This document shows, piece after piece, positions 39,440-48,608 of a stretch of DNA of 56,014 bases. Location: positions 1 to 56,014 of IMG/VR virus record IMGVR_UViG_3300024265_000059. One strand, given 5' to 3'. The DNA comes from a virus. Its lineage: Duplodnaviria; Caudoviricetes. The notes under the pieces are model-generated. The model searched no databases. It was given only the letters and a program-made list of their open reading frames with translations, and had not been told where the DNA came from. Positions within the stretch are counted from its first letter, which is position 1; each line of letters begins with the position of its first letter. The position numbers and the translations under genes are program-made.

Positions 39440-42400
39440 CTAACCCCTAGCTGATTCGAAAGTCGAAGCCAATTCAGCATTGCTGGACGCAGCAGCTAAT
39501 GAGGCAAGTGCCGCGTTAATTTCTGCTCTAGCAACTCTAATAGCAACAGCTTCAAACTCGTCGGTGAATTCTTTTGCAGCTTCGCTGATACTCGACACGT
39601 CAACAGTAACTTCACTCATGGTTTCAACGTTAACACCAACGCCATCAGCCATAGCAGTTGCCATTCGATCCATATCTTCACCGAGACCACGCATGTCTTC
39701 ACCCGTCTTTTCAAACTCAGCACTGTTTTTCGTAACTGCATCTGTATTGTCTTGTATTCCTTCTATCTCAACAGGTTCTTCTTTTTGCTCCTTAGCTATC
39801 TCAGCTTCTTGTTCTGTTCCTTCTCGGATAGCCTCTTTAACCCCTAGCATTTCATCTCTAACTTCTCCTATGGCCTGAGTATTCGCATCCATCGCTTCTT
39901 TAACACCTTCATCCAAAGTATTGGCATCTGGCGCTGGTGGTCCCATTAGTACATCTCTTATCGGATCGATGATTGTTTGCAAGATACCGACACCTTCATT
40001 AAACGCAACACTAGCTTCGGATATTGATGATGCACCTGTAAGTATATCGACTGTAGCGGTACTAAATGATGTTGCAGCTTCGTTCGTACTAATAGCAGCA
40101 CTCTCATTGACCCTAGCAGCTTCAAGCACGTTAGTGCTCATGTCTTCAAAAACTCTGGGAGTATCTGTAGGTTGTTGAGTAACAATGTCTCGCATAGCTT
40201 CTAACAGAGCAAGGAAGTTAGGACTTATTTCTTCTTGGAGCCTCTCTGGTTCACGAAGAATAGATGGATTTTCTATGACTTGCTGAACAAGCGCCAATTG
40301 CGCAGTAGCACCATTCATCGCCGCAGCAGCCTTTTGCAACTCACCCGCACCAGGGTCTTCTGCCTGAATTCGACCCAATTCAACAGTTCTTTGAGCCAAT
40401 AGTGTTGAATCCAAATTGCCAAGAACATTGATCAAACCAGGGACATCGTTCAAATTATTAACATTCTTTAGCTCGTCCACCAATCTTCTGAGTTCTTGGG
40501 ACTCGGCTGCACCCCCTCCTAGTTCTCCAACATCTATTCGATTAGCAGTTTCTTGAGCAAGACCAATAGCTGATACACGTAAGTTGTCAAGGAAATCGCT
40601 AATTTGAGCACCAAGAACACCTATCTGCAATCCTCTTGTTTGAACCGCTTGTTGTTCTACGGCGAATTGTGATGTATCAGAAACTTGTCGTGTTGCTCCG
40701 ACACTTCCCGATACTAACTTTGCATCGGTTAAGACTTCCGCACCACGCTGTATGTCAATGTCTGTCAACTTACTGACCCAGAGTGTAAGAGCCTTGGTGC
40801 TATCCGCCAGAGCAGCAACGAAGTGATCAGAAGGTTTTTTGAATATGTCAGAAGTTTCAACAATAGTTTGGAGCTTAAATCCTTCTACCGCTATCCGCAT
40901 GTCTTGGAGAGCCTTTGTATTCGCCTTTAGAAATGCTTCTTGTTGTTTTTCTGTTTGTCTTCCTATCTGTGGTTTCCCGCCAAGAACAGCAGTAAAGGAA
41001 CCACCTTTCGCTCTTTCGGCTTGTATTTTGGCAAGACTTTCTGGTAGTGTCCCCATAATTTTTTCTAATTGTTGCATAAAACCGCTCAATGCCAGAACTT
41101 TTTCTCCAGCCTTAACGGCTGATTCACCCAATTCTAAATTCGCATTTTCACCAGTCGCCTGTTGATCTTCCACTGCTTTGAATGCTGTAGCGAATTCTTG
41201 GAATGATTGGCCAAATAGTTCAGCAATCGCAGCGAACTCATCTCCACCAGCGGCCAATTGAACTATAAATTGTTCTATACTTGTTTGGCCCGCGTCCAAA
41301 GCAGTTGTATCAATATCAAAACCGCTTAATTGCGCAAGGTCTTTCAAAACTTTTATGTCTTGTTCTGGAGTAACAGAAGTCTGAAGTTTGCTTTCTAGTT
41401 CAAGCTTTTTGAATTCTAATTGTCTCGCCGCCTGTTGTGCAGAAGCATTCAACAAATCACCCACTACTTTAACTATGGCATCTGTAATCGCAATATTGCC
41501 ACCGAGAGTGTCTTGTACTGATTTTATTATTGCATTTGGATCATCTACCAAAGCTACGGCACTGACCACCCCTGTTCTGACAGCCTCGCTAAGTTTGAGA
41601 GCAGCTACTTTCAGCAAATCGAGGGCTTCGGGTGAAAGGCCCGCCCCAGAGTCTTCAGCAAACTTCTCTACAAGTTCATTAATCATATCAAAGGGACTAA
41701 TAAGTGAACCCTTTCCCTCTACCAAACCTGCCACATCATCAGCCTTTGCCAAACTAGCAGCAAGTGACAGGAAAAACCCGTTCAAAAGGTCATTTATCTG
41801 AAGTGATTGTCGTGTAAACGAGTCTAGTTGGGCGAATTGTTCTGTACCAAGCAACTCTGCTAGCTTACCTTGTGATAAGATATTCCTAACAGCTTCGTCT
41901 TCAAATTCTGTTCCCAACTGCGGCAAACTAAGTCCTTTACCGAGAGTTTGACTCAAATCGTCAAACAAATTGACATTCTGAAGAATTGCCTTAGCAGCTT
42001 TGCCAACAGATGTACTTAGTAACGAAAGCTGCCCACTTAAAACAGTTGGTATATGCAAAGATGCAAAAGCTTGGTTGGCTTTGTCTATAGCATTAGCTAA
42101 TTTGCTAGCTTTGGCATCAATTTGTATCTGACCTATTCTGCTAACAACCTTCTCTATTCCTCCAAGTGCCTGGACCAAAGCACCACGGAGACGAGCAGCA
42201 CTTTCTGGATTGATATTGGGAGATTGTGCTAACAGCTTGTCGATACCACCCAAGAAACCACTTTTGCCAAATTGTTCGACTGCTGACCGGAAAATCTCAT
42301 TGAGTAATTCGGGGTTTGAACCAACAATATCATCTATGATTTTTTGTGCTTGTGAATCGCTAATCGTAATTAGACCTTCGCCACCAAATAGATTCCCAAG

Positions 42401-44554
42401 ACGCGCTAATCTTTCGGCAAAAAATCCACTTACTCCTTCACCATATCTCTTAACGGACTCTTGGATACCAGCTATAGCTTCTTCCCCAAGTGTTCCCACT
42501 GCTAATGTTAGACCTTTAAGATCGCCAGCTTCAATAGGCACTACTTTTATTGAGGCAACTCTTTTTTGGGCAGCATCCACAATCTTACCAAGGTCTAAAT
42601 CTACAGCCTGTTTTGCAGCAAAGGCAAAAGCTGCCATGGCAGTAACACCGATACCTAGAGCGCTGCCGAATTTACCAAGCGCACCTCCCATCCCCTTCAG
42701 AGCTTCGAAGATACTTTTGCCAGAAATCAAAGAGATGGCAACAAGCATAACTCCGACAGCTTGGGTAAATGTTGTAGCCAATACTCCAGCAGAATCTCCA
42801 GCTTCTACAAAAGACTCTTTCATAGTACTGGCAACCAGAACTATTCCGGCTACGGCAGCAAGTTGTCCAATTTTAGAAACTGCTGCTGATTTGGCGGCTG
42901 AAGCAGCTTGAGCACCAGCACCCGCTGCCACTGCCGTACCGGCTCCAGCACCAACCTCAAGACCAGCCTGACCGCCTAATCTGCGCATAATTCGTTCTCT
43001 AGCAAGACCGCCAGCGACGCCGCCTTGAATATTCCCGGCTCCACCTCTCAAAGCCCCGAAGCTGGCAGCAAGACCGCCACCTATACCTGCTGTAGACAAG
43101 AATGACAGAGCCTTCGCGGCAGCACCTATCGAAATAGCCAGCAATTTGAATCCACCAGCGAAACCAATCATTTGTGCCAAGAAAGGAATAACGGGTTTGA
43201 TAACTTCAACCATGGTAATGAATGCTTTACCTGCCGTAACTGCACCCCTAATAAGGGGAATGAAAAGTGGTTCAGCCAAAGTCTGGACAAGCTTGTTGAA
43301 TTCTTGTACCAGAATATTCAGTTGAGCCTGAAGACCAGCCAAACCAACTTCTGCCACCTCACCAAAAGCACCGGCAGATCGATTTGCTGCTCCAAGCGTC
43401 TCATTCAAAACATCAATATTACTAACCAAAGCCAACAAACGACTGATTTGTCGTCTTCCGCCAAGCTTGGTTCCAATTTCGATTTTGTCTTGTATGCTTT
43501 GCGTATCTTTAAGAGCAGCAGCGATGCGTTTGATTGCTTCGACCGGATTGCCAGCTTCGATCGCTTCGGAGATTCTAATACCCTTGCCCTCAAGGAAATC
43601 AACGATCTTTGGGTCAGCAAGACGAGAAGAGATAGTTTTCATGAAAGTACCAATAGTTTCTGCACTCTCTCTTGTAGCTTGCCTAATTGTGGTAAACACA
43701 GCAGCGAATTCTCTAAATGTTCCTCCGATAGCTTCGAACGCAGCACCACCGCGAGAGATACCCTTCGCAATATCTTCCGAAGATGCAGCAAAGTTGTTTG
43801 ACAATTCTGTCATCACATCTAGAACTTCTGTGGTAGTTAATCCTTCTTGGTTGAACTGATTAAGAGCAGCGATAGAACCTTCGATAGCAGCATCCATTGT
43901 TTCGAACGACGGAGTGAGTGGCACCTTAGCAAGTGCGCTCAGTGATTCTTCCAACTCGTCGCCTCGCTGACCTGCCTGTGCAAGAACTTTAGCTACGCGA
44001 GCAATCTCGCTGGCAGAGGTACCAGTGGCAACTGCTAAGTCTAGAATTGTATCTCGCATACCGCTTATCTCGGAATTGCTTTGGTTTGTGATCTGTCGGA
44101 GTTTAAGTATTGCACCATCAAATTCTATAACAGCAGCGGTAGCTTTTCCAAATGCGGCGATTATGGCAAGTGGAGCAGCAGTCGCTGCAACAAACGCAGC
44201 ATACCTTACTCCAGCTAGTTTCATTTTTTGTCCAAAAGTCTCTGCTGCTTTACCAGCCGCTTTGGCACCTGCGGCAGTTTTCTGTAAACCTGGACCAGCT
44301 TTCTTACTGGAAACATTGAGTCTGTTTTGTGCCAAAGTAGCTTTGTTCATAGCCGCCGAGGTTGCAATGAGAGCAGAAGTCTGTGCTTTAGTTGCAGAAG
44401 TAAAGGCTGTTGTACCACCAACGCCTTTGCCGCCAACACCACCAGCAGCACCTCCAACTTGCGCAGCACCCTGTGACTTGGACAAAGCAGCCTTAACCTT
44501 CTCCAAGCCAATGATGTCTTGAATTCTGAGATTAACGTCAAGAACAAATGCCAA
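39440..44554 (-). CDS. Tail tape measure protein (TP901-type core)
   Basis: 1704 aa Ala/Gly-rich helical; EIA.....LAQAG, LD....SNNFA.SS.DI..GI.R.G..F, TRESAETIGT..KTI.SRL. Confidence 0.88.
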   Translation of the reverse strand: MAFVLDVNLRIQDIIGLEKVKAALSKSQGAAQVGGAAGGVGGKGVGGTTAFTSATKAQTSALIATSAAMNKATLAQNRLNVSSKKAGPGLQKTAAGAKAAGKAAETFGQKMKLAGVRYAAFVAATAAPLAIIAAFGKATAAVIEFDGAILKLRQITNQSNSEISGMRDTILDLAVATGTSASEIARVAKVLAQAGQRGDELEESLSALAKVPLTPSFETMDAAIEGSIAALNQFNQEGLTTTEVLDVMTELSNNFAASSEDIAKGISRGGAAFEAIGGTFREFAAVFTTIRQATRESAETIGTFMKTISSRLADPKIVDFLEGKGIRISEAIEAGNPVEAIKRIAAALKDTQSIQDKIEIGTKLGGRRQISRLLALVSNIDVLNETLGAANRSAGAFGEVAEVGLAGLQAQLNILVQEFNKLVQTLAEPLFIPLIRGAVTAGKAFITMVEVIKPVIPFLAQMIGFAGGFKLLAISIGAAAKALSFLSTAGIGGGLAASFGALRGGAGNIQGGVAGGLARERIMRRLGGQAGLEVGAGAGTAVAAGAGAQAASAAKSAAVSKIGQLAAVAGIVLVASTMKESFVEAGDSAGVLATTFTQAVGVMLVAISLISGKSIFEALKGMGGALGKFGSALGIGVTAMAAFAFAAKQAVDLDLGKIVDAAQKRVASIKVVPIEAGDLKGLTLAVGTLGEEAIAGIQESVKRYGEGVSGFFAERLARLGNLFGGEGLITISDSQAQKIIDDIVGSNPELLNEIFRSAVEQFGKSGFLGGIDKLLAQSPNINPESAARLRGALVQALGGIEKVVSRIGQIQIDAKASKLANAIDKANQAFASLHIPTVLSGQLSLLSTSVGKAAKAILQNVNLFDDLSQTLGKGLSLPQLGTEFEDEAVRNILSQGKLAELLGTEQFAQLDSFTRQSLQINDLLNGFFLSLAASLAKADDVAGLVEGKGSLISPFDMINELVEKFAEDSGAGLSPEALDLLKVAALKLSEAVRTGVVSAVALVDDPNAIIKSVQDTLGGNIAITDAIVKVVGDLLNASAQQAARQLEFKKLELESKLQTSVTPEQDIKVLKDLAQLSGFDIDTTALDAGQTSIEQFIVQLAAGGDEFAAIAELFGQSFQEFATAFKAVEDQQATGENANLELGESAVKAGEKVLALSGFMQQLEKIMGTLPESLAKIQAERAKGGSFTAVLGGKPQIGRQTEKQQEAFLKANTKALQDMRIAVEGFKLQTIVETSDIFKKPSDHFVAALADSTKALTLWVSKLTDIDIQRGAEVLTDAKLVSGSVGATRQVSDTSQFAVEQQAVQTRGLQIGVLGAQISDFLDNLRVSAIGLAQETANRIDVGELGGGAAESQELRRLVDELKNVNNLNDVPGLINVLGNLDSTLLAQRTVELGRIQAEDPGAGELQKAAAAMNGATAQLALVQQVIENPSILREPERLQEEISPNFLALLEAMRDIVTQQPTDTPRVFEDMSTNVLEAARVNESAAISTNEAATSFSTATVDILTGASSISEASVAFNEGVGILQTIIDPIRDVLMGPPAPDANTLDEGVKEAMDANTQAIGEVRDEMLGVKEAIREGTEQEAEIAKEQKEEPVEIEGIQDNTDAVTKNSAEFEKTGEDMRGLGEDMDRMATAMADGVGVNVETMSEVTVDVSSISEAAKEFTDEFEAVAIRVARAEINAALASLAAASSNAELASTFESARG

Positions 44555-44569
44555 TTAAATCATCCCCCT

Positions 44570-45508
44570 CTAGTCACTGTTTTCCGCAGCTACTTTGCGT
44601 TTCTTAGACTTTTTCCTTTGTGTAGTAGACTTGGATTTCTTCTTTTTCTTTTCTGCTTTTGGCTTAACGCCTATACCACAGATAAACATATCTTCACCCG
44701 TTTCTGAATCGGTGAATGGTTTTGAAACCTCGACCAACAGATTGCCATGCTCGTCCACTAATCTCCCAAACGTATCAACCATTTCTCCAGCTTCGTTGAT
44801 ATAACGACCATCTCTATTTACTCGACGACCACCCTGATCAGTCATATCGCCATCCTTGGTAATGTATCGACCATCATCGTCGACGAACTTAGCTTCTTTG
44901 AGCCATTTCATCTCGAACATATGATCATGTATATTTGCATCCAGGCCATAGATCATATTGGCCAACGTCTTAGCACCATCGACCACTGCTGCTTCGTCTT
45001 GCCTCTCTACGTACTCATCGTGATTTTTCAGGAACTTAGCTCCGCTCTCTTCAAAAACAAGACAATTGACCAGCAAAAATTCAAAACGGAAATTCTCAGC
45101 TTGAGATTCGACCGTAGTAGAATCAAATTGCTGACGCTTAGCGTGTTTCTCCATAATTAACTGACGCTTCGAAGCCATTTGAATAGCTAGGTCGCGTCCT
45201 TCTAGATTGGTCATTCCACCTTTCTTCAACATCAATTCGTGGGCACGTATTTCTAGAGCTAATTTTTCCACGTCAAGAGCATCTTTCAATGTCCATACTC
45301 CCGTTTTCTCAAGATACTCTTCCAATTCAGCCCTGAGCAATAATCTATTACCACTGTTTTGTGATCCTTTTCTGATCAAACTGGCCATTCGTAAATTGTA
45401 AGCCATATTGGCTTCTTGTCCAATCCTGTTGCCTGGACGAATAATTGCCAACTTTAGTGGCTTGCCATCAACGTCAACTGTTTCAACAACAACTTTTCTA
45501 GTGTCCAT
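44570..45508 (-). CDS. Hypothetical protein upstream of tape measure (possible tail assembly chaperone)
   Basis: Position; GGAGG SD; short D.DG repeats and Lys-rich tail. Confidence 0.55.
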   Translation of the reverse strand: MDTRKVVVETVDVDGKPLKLAIIRPGNRIGQEANMAYNLRMASLIRKGSQNSGNRLLLRAELEEYLEKTGVWTLKDALDVEKLALEIRAHELMLKKGGMTNLEGRDLAIQMASKRQLIMEKHAKRQQFDSTTVESQAENFRFEFLLVNCLVFEESGAKFLKNHDEYVERQDEAAVVDGAKTLANMIYGLDANIHDHMFEMKWLKEAKFVDDDGRYITKDGDMTDQGGRRVNRDGRYINEAGEMVDTFGRLVDEHGNLLVEVSKPFTDSETGEDMFICGIGVKPKAEKKKKKSKSTTQRKKSKKRKVAAENSD

Positions 45509-45866
45509 CTGGTTTTCCTCCAAAATGCATGTGATATCCTTGGAATTCTATATGATGTAAATCTATTTCCATGCCCAATGCACGCGATTGAGCGTTTCCT
45601 TTGTCGAGGATATTCTTCCGAACCTGTTCCCAAATCACCCTATTGGCAATTTGTTCGGGAGTCATTTCCTCTTTTGACAAACTGTGTCCCCAAAGCAAAA
45701 CTCCAAACTGACTTTCGAACTCAGAAAGGGCAGAAATAAAACAAGTCCTGAACTTTTTCTGCGCTATTTTTTTAAGTCGCTCTCTAGAGTCGTGAGCTAT
45801 TCGTCCATTGCGAACATCTTTTTGGATGCGTCGCAATGCTGCTAGTTCTTTTTCTTTCTCAAGCAT
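45498..45866 (-). CDS. Hypothetical protein
   Basis: ORF coupled to its neighbours; start uncertain (45866 or 45902). Confidence 0.55.
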   Translation of the reverse strand: MLEKEKELAALRRIQKDVRNGRIAHDSRERLKKIAQKKFRTCFISALSEFESQFGVLLWGHSLSKEEMTPEQIANRVIWEQVRKNILDKGNAQSRALGMEIDLHHIEFQGYHMHFGGKPDGH

Positions 45867-45876
45867 TCCAGTTTCC

Positions 45877-46953
45877 TTATCTACGATTGATGCTTTTAAC
45901 ATGATTTTTTTGCATCTCCGATAATTGTTGTCTCATTTCTCGTTGACTATCGGGCATATTTTGTTCTGTTATAGAACCTTCCTGTTGTAATATTTTTTGA
46001 CGAGCCCTTATTTGAGCACGAGATTTTGGATCGTTCATATTGTAAACACGTTTCGAACCATCCTGATCAGACATTATGAAAACTTCATTCTTTCCTGGTT
46101 TATTAGGCGTTTTAACACTAGATTCAGCCGATTTACTATCAATCTTTTCTCCCTGATGAATAAACCAAGAATCCAACAAGTCATCGTCTTCGATAATTTG
46201 TTTCGAAGGACGCTCATACGCCGCATAAACCGAATCGTAGATAGTAGACCAGTAAACAAGTTCTCTCTGATTCAATGACCACGATGTAACTGGGTTATCA
46301 AATAAATCATTGGTACATTTTGATATTTCCCAATATGATCTCCATTGTGGCGATCTAGCTAAGCGACGAATATCAGATGGTAACATACGAGACTTACGAT
46401 AGTAATATTCACAAAGTTGAGATATTAATGCTGAATCTGAAAAATTGTCGAAATCATCCGTTGTTGGCCAGAATTTATTACCATCATCATCTTCTGTAAT
46501 CTGGCTCATCAAATATCTTTGTTGACAAAGCTCAGCATGAGATTCGATACTGTTCTGCAATAGCTTATGTTTCGTTTTTAGATGCTCCATCAGAACTTTT
46601 TCGGCACGACGCAAAAGGGATCGTGAGTGTTCAAGTTTTGTCGTATTGAATACAAGACTAAGCAATCCTCGTCTGATCGTGTGAATATCTTTTTGTAGTC
46701 CTTCGATTGTGTCTTCTTGTTCTATGCTCCACTGTTTAAGGTCTATCAAATACGAAAGCAATTCCTGTTCAGAAAACAACTTCAAAATACTACCGCGTCT
46801 TATCTCTAGATTATAAACTGAAACAGACTTGGCTTGCTCTTTGGGTGTGGGGGGTCGGAGTATGAGTGAAATGATTTCTCCCTTGTCGGTGCTGACAACA
46901 GCCGGAATGCATCCCCAGCTTATCGTGGCTATAAGTCGCTCATTGTCGACCAT
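45877..46953 (-). CDS. Hypothetical protein
   Basis: 358-aa ORF; YDSVY...E.P...IIEDDD.LD.W motif. Confidence 0.6.
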   Translation of the reverse strand: MVDNERLIATISWGCIPAVVSTDKGEIISLILRPPTPKEQAKSVSVYNLEIRRGSILKLFSEQELLSYLIDLKQWSIEQEDTIEGLQKDIHTIRRGLLSLVFNTTKLEHSRSLLRRAEKVLMEHLKTKHKLLQNSIESHAELCQQRYLMSQITEDDDGNKFWPTTDDFDNFSDSALISQLCEYYYRKSRMLPSDIRRLARSPQWRSYWEISKCTNDLFDNPVTSWSLNQRELVYWSTIYDSVYAAYERPSKQIIEDDDLLDSWFIHQGEKIDSKSAESSVKTPNKPGKNEVFIMSDQDGSKRVYNMNDPKSRAQIRARQKILQQEGSITEQNMPDSQREMRQQLSEMQKNHVKSINRR

Positions 46954-47028
46954 TTAATTAGCACCTTCCCAGTCCCAAAGTTACAGTGGCACTGTCTATC
47001 CCAGACCTAAGTCTATCCTATCCAATGT

Positions 47029-47038
47029 ATTATACACC
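47029..47038 (-). promoter_or_regulatory. Putative late promoter GGTGTATAAT
   Basis: Directly after terminator 47051-47083, upstream of 46953. Confidence 0.6.
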
Positions 47039-47050
47039 AATATGGCCAAT

Positions 47051-47083
47051 AAAAAAAGGCCGAAAGCTTTCGCTCCCGGCCTT
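47051..47083 (-). terminator. Rho-independent terminator
   Basis: AAGGCCGGGAGC gaaa GCTTTCGGCC followed by a U7 run. Confidence 0.85.
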
Positions 47084-47110
47084 GGATATGTCGTATTTGA
47101 CTAGTCTACC

Positions 47111-47659
47111 TTAGAATCGCCTTTGGTCTTTCGTCTCTGTAGGAACGCACGTAACGATCGCCAAAAGTTCTACACCAGTGGAGAATCCCACACCAACTGC
47201 ATTGTTGGCTTGAGCGGACAAGGTTGTTCTCAAAGAACCGCCCTTCGGAACAGCAGTCCATGTCTGATCCAAACTCACATCGACCCGGTCGCCAGCATTG
47301 GATGGAGCCTTGAACAGGCTCTTGTCTGTATCTGACGATACACCTGAGCAATCAACCGATATTGCTGTATCCCAGACTACCGATGTTGGTGCTGTTGGGG
47401 ATGCATCAACTTCGTTGGAAGTCTGCAATGCCACAGTCAGATTAGACCCTGCGCCTGCAAAACCACTAGCGACAAGCGATACTGCTTGGACTTCAAATGC
47501 AACTACCTTTACGGCGAAAGGACAGTCCTTCGTGAAAATTGCTTCCGTATCGGTTACTGCCGATCCAGACACAGCCGTAGCGGATAGTGTCTTGTACATC
47601 TTGAATGGTTTTGGAGCCGGATTCAGATTCGCTCCCCATGTATCAGTTACTAATGGCAT
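47111..47659 (-). CDS. Putative virion structural protein
   Basis: Monocistronic (promoter 47751, GGAGG SD, terminator); A/S/T/V-rich beta protein. Confidence 0.55.
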   Translation of the reverse strand: MPLVTDTWGANLNPAPKPFKMYKTLSATAVSGSAVTDTEAIFTKDCPFAVKVVAFEVQAVSLVASGFAGAGSNLTVALQTSNEVDASPTAPTSVVWDTAISVDCSGVSSDTDKSLFKAPSNAGDRVDVSLDQTWTAVPKGGSLRTTLSAQANNAVGVGFSTGVELLAIVTCVPTETKDQRRF

Positions 47660-47742
47660 AACTCTCTACCTCCCTAAAAAAGATAAGGCTACTGAGATTC
47701 CGCCCAACGTAGGAACGAAGGCTTAGTAGATTCACCAATGGT

Positions 47743-47751
47743 TTATACACC
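47743..47751 (-). promoter_or_regulatory. Putative late promoter GGTGTATAA
   Basis: Motif copy upstream of 47659. Confidence 0.55.
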
Positions 47752-47815
47752 ACGGGTATTTTTATGGGGGCAGATGCCGTTATTCCTGTGTTTCCCACAT
47801 TGCAAGAGATAATAA

Positions 47816-47889
47816 CAGGCCGAGCAAGGTTCGAACTTGCAACCTCCAGGTTCAAAGCCTGGCGCTCTGTCCAGTTGAGCTATCGGCCC
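47816..47889 (-). tRNA. tRNA-Gln(UUG)
   Basis: Cloverleaf; anticodon arm CCAGG-CTTTGAA-CCTGG; G1.U72 pair. Confidence 0.88.
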
Positions 47890-47892
47890 ATA

Positions 47893-47977
47893 CGGATGGC
47901 GGTGGACTCGAACCACAGACGTTTGACCGCCCCAACCGGTTAGCAACCGGCGGCAGGGCCTTTCTGCTTCACCATCC
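47893..47977 (-). tRNA. tRNA-Ser(GCU)
   Basis: GCCGG-TTGCTAA-CCGGT, long variable arm, G73. Confidence 0.88.
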
Positions 47978-48031
47978 AAAGACCCCATTCTATGGAGTAT
48001 ATATACTCCTTAGAACAAGGTAAATCCAAAA

Positions 48032-48117
48032 CGGAAGATAGAGGAATCGAACCCCCGACGCTCATCACGCCGCCCTCGGGTTCAAACCGAGTTTCCGACC
48101 ATTCAGAGGTATCTTCC
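48032..48117 (-). tRNA. tRNA-Ser(UGA)
   Basis: CTCGG-TTTGAAC-CCGAG, long variable arm, G73. Confidence 0.88.
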
Positions 48118-48126
48118 AGTGCGCAC

Positions 48127-48160
48127 AAAAAAACCGGACAATCCCAAGGGACCATCCGGT
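48127..48160 (-). terminator. Intrinsic terminator (attenuator) 9 nt upstream of tRNA-Ser(UGA)
   Basis: ACCGGAUGGUCC cuug GGAUUGUCCGG followed by U7. Confidence 0.85.
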
Positions 48161-48189
48161 TCTGATTCTGTGTTTTAGTGTACTCGAAT

Positions 48190-48261
48190 CTACACAGCAT
48201 CCCCCAGACGGCCAAGAGACCGTTGACTACTCGATTGGGATGACTGCTGTCGATTTTTCAT
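48190..48261 (-). CDS. Ser/Gln-rich leader peptide MKNRQQSSQSSSQRSLGRLGDAV (putative attenuator leader)
   Basis: GGAG SD 6 nt before ATG; 6 Ser + 4 Gln among codons 5-15; stop about 30 nt before the terminator. Confidence 0.75.
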   Translation of the reverse strand: MKNRQQSSQSSSQRSLGRLGDAV

Positions 48262-48337
48262 CTTGTTCTCCAAAAAAAACCAGCCCTTGATGCACGTAAC
48301 CCAATTGAGAAAGAGGTGCGGCTGGTGTGTTACTATG

Positions 48338-48346
48338 TTATACACC
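48338..48346 (-). promoter_or_regulatory. Putative promoter GGTGTATAA upstream of the Ser/Gln leader
   Basis: Motif copy immediately 3' of tRNA-Ile. Confidence 0.55.
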
Positions 48347-48348
48347 AA

Positions 48349-48424
48349 TGCGCCTAGATGGATTTGAACCACCGACATCACGCTTATCAGGCGTGCGCTC
48401 TGAGCCAGACTGAGCTACAGGCAC
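48349..48424 (-). tRNA. tRNA-Ile(GAU)
   Basis: CACGC-CTGATAA-GCGTG. Confidence 0.9.
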
Positions 48425-48429
48425 TTCAA

Positions 48430-48502
48430 CGGGCCGGGAAGGAGTCGAACCCTCAACCAACGGCTTTGGAAACCGACGCTCTGCCAATTAAGCTACCGAC
48501 CC
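48430..48502 (-). tRNA. tRNA-Trp(CCA)
   Basis: CGGT-TTCCAAA-GCCG, G73. Confidence 0.88.
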
Positions 48503-48530
48503 ACTATCTTGTTCGTTCAAAAAAACACAA

Positions 48531-48604
48531 CGGGCCGGGTGGGACTCGAACCCACGATAGCCGGGTTAGAAACCCAGTCCTTTGTCCATCTAAGGTACCA
48601 GCCC
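48531..48604 (-). tRNA. tRNA-Arg(UCU)
   Basis: CTGGG-TTTCTAA-CCCGG. Confidence 0.88.
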
Positions 48605-48608
48605 AACA

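Noticed and set aside
39480-44522. Long + strand ORFs antisense to the tape measure and other genes
   Set aside because: Shadow ORFs caused by codon bias of the real gene; no SD or recognisable motifs.
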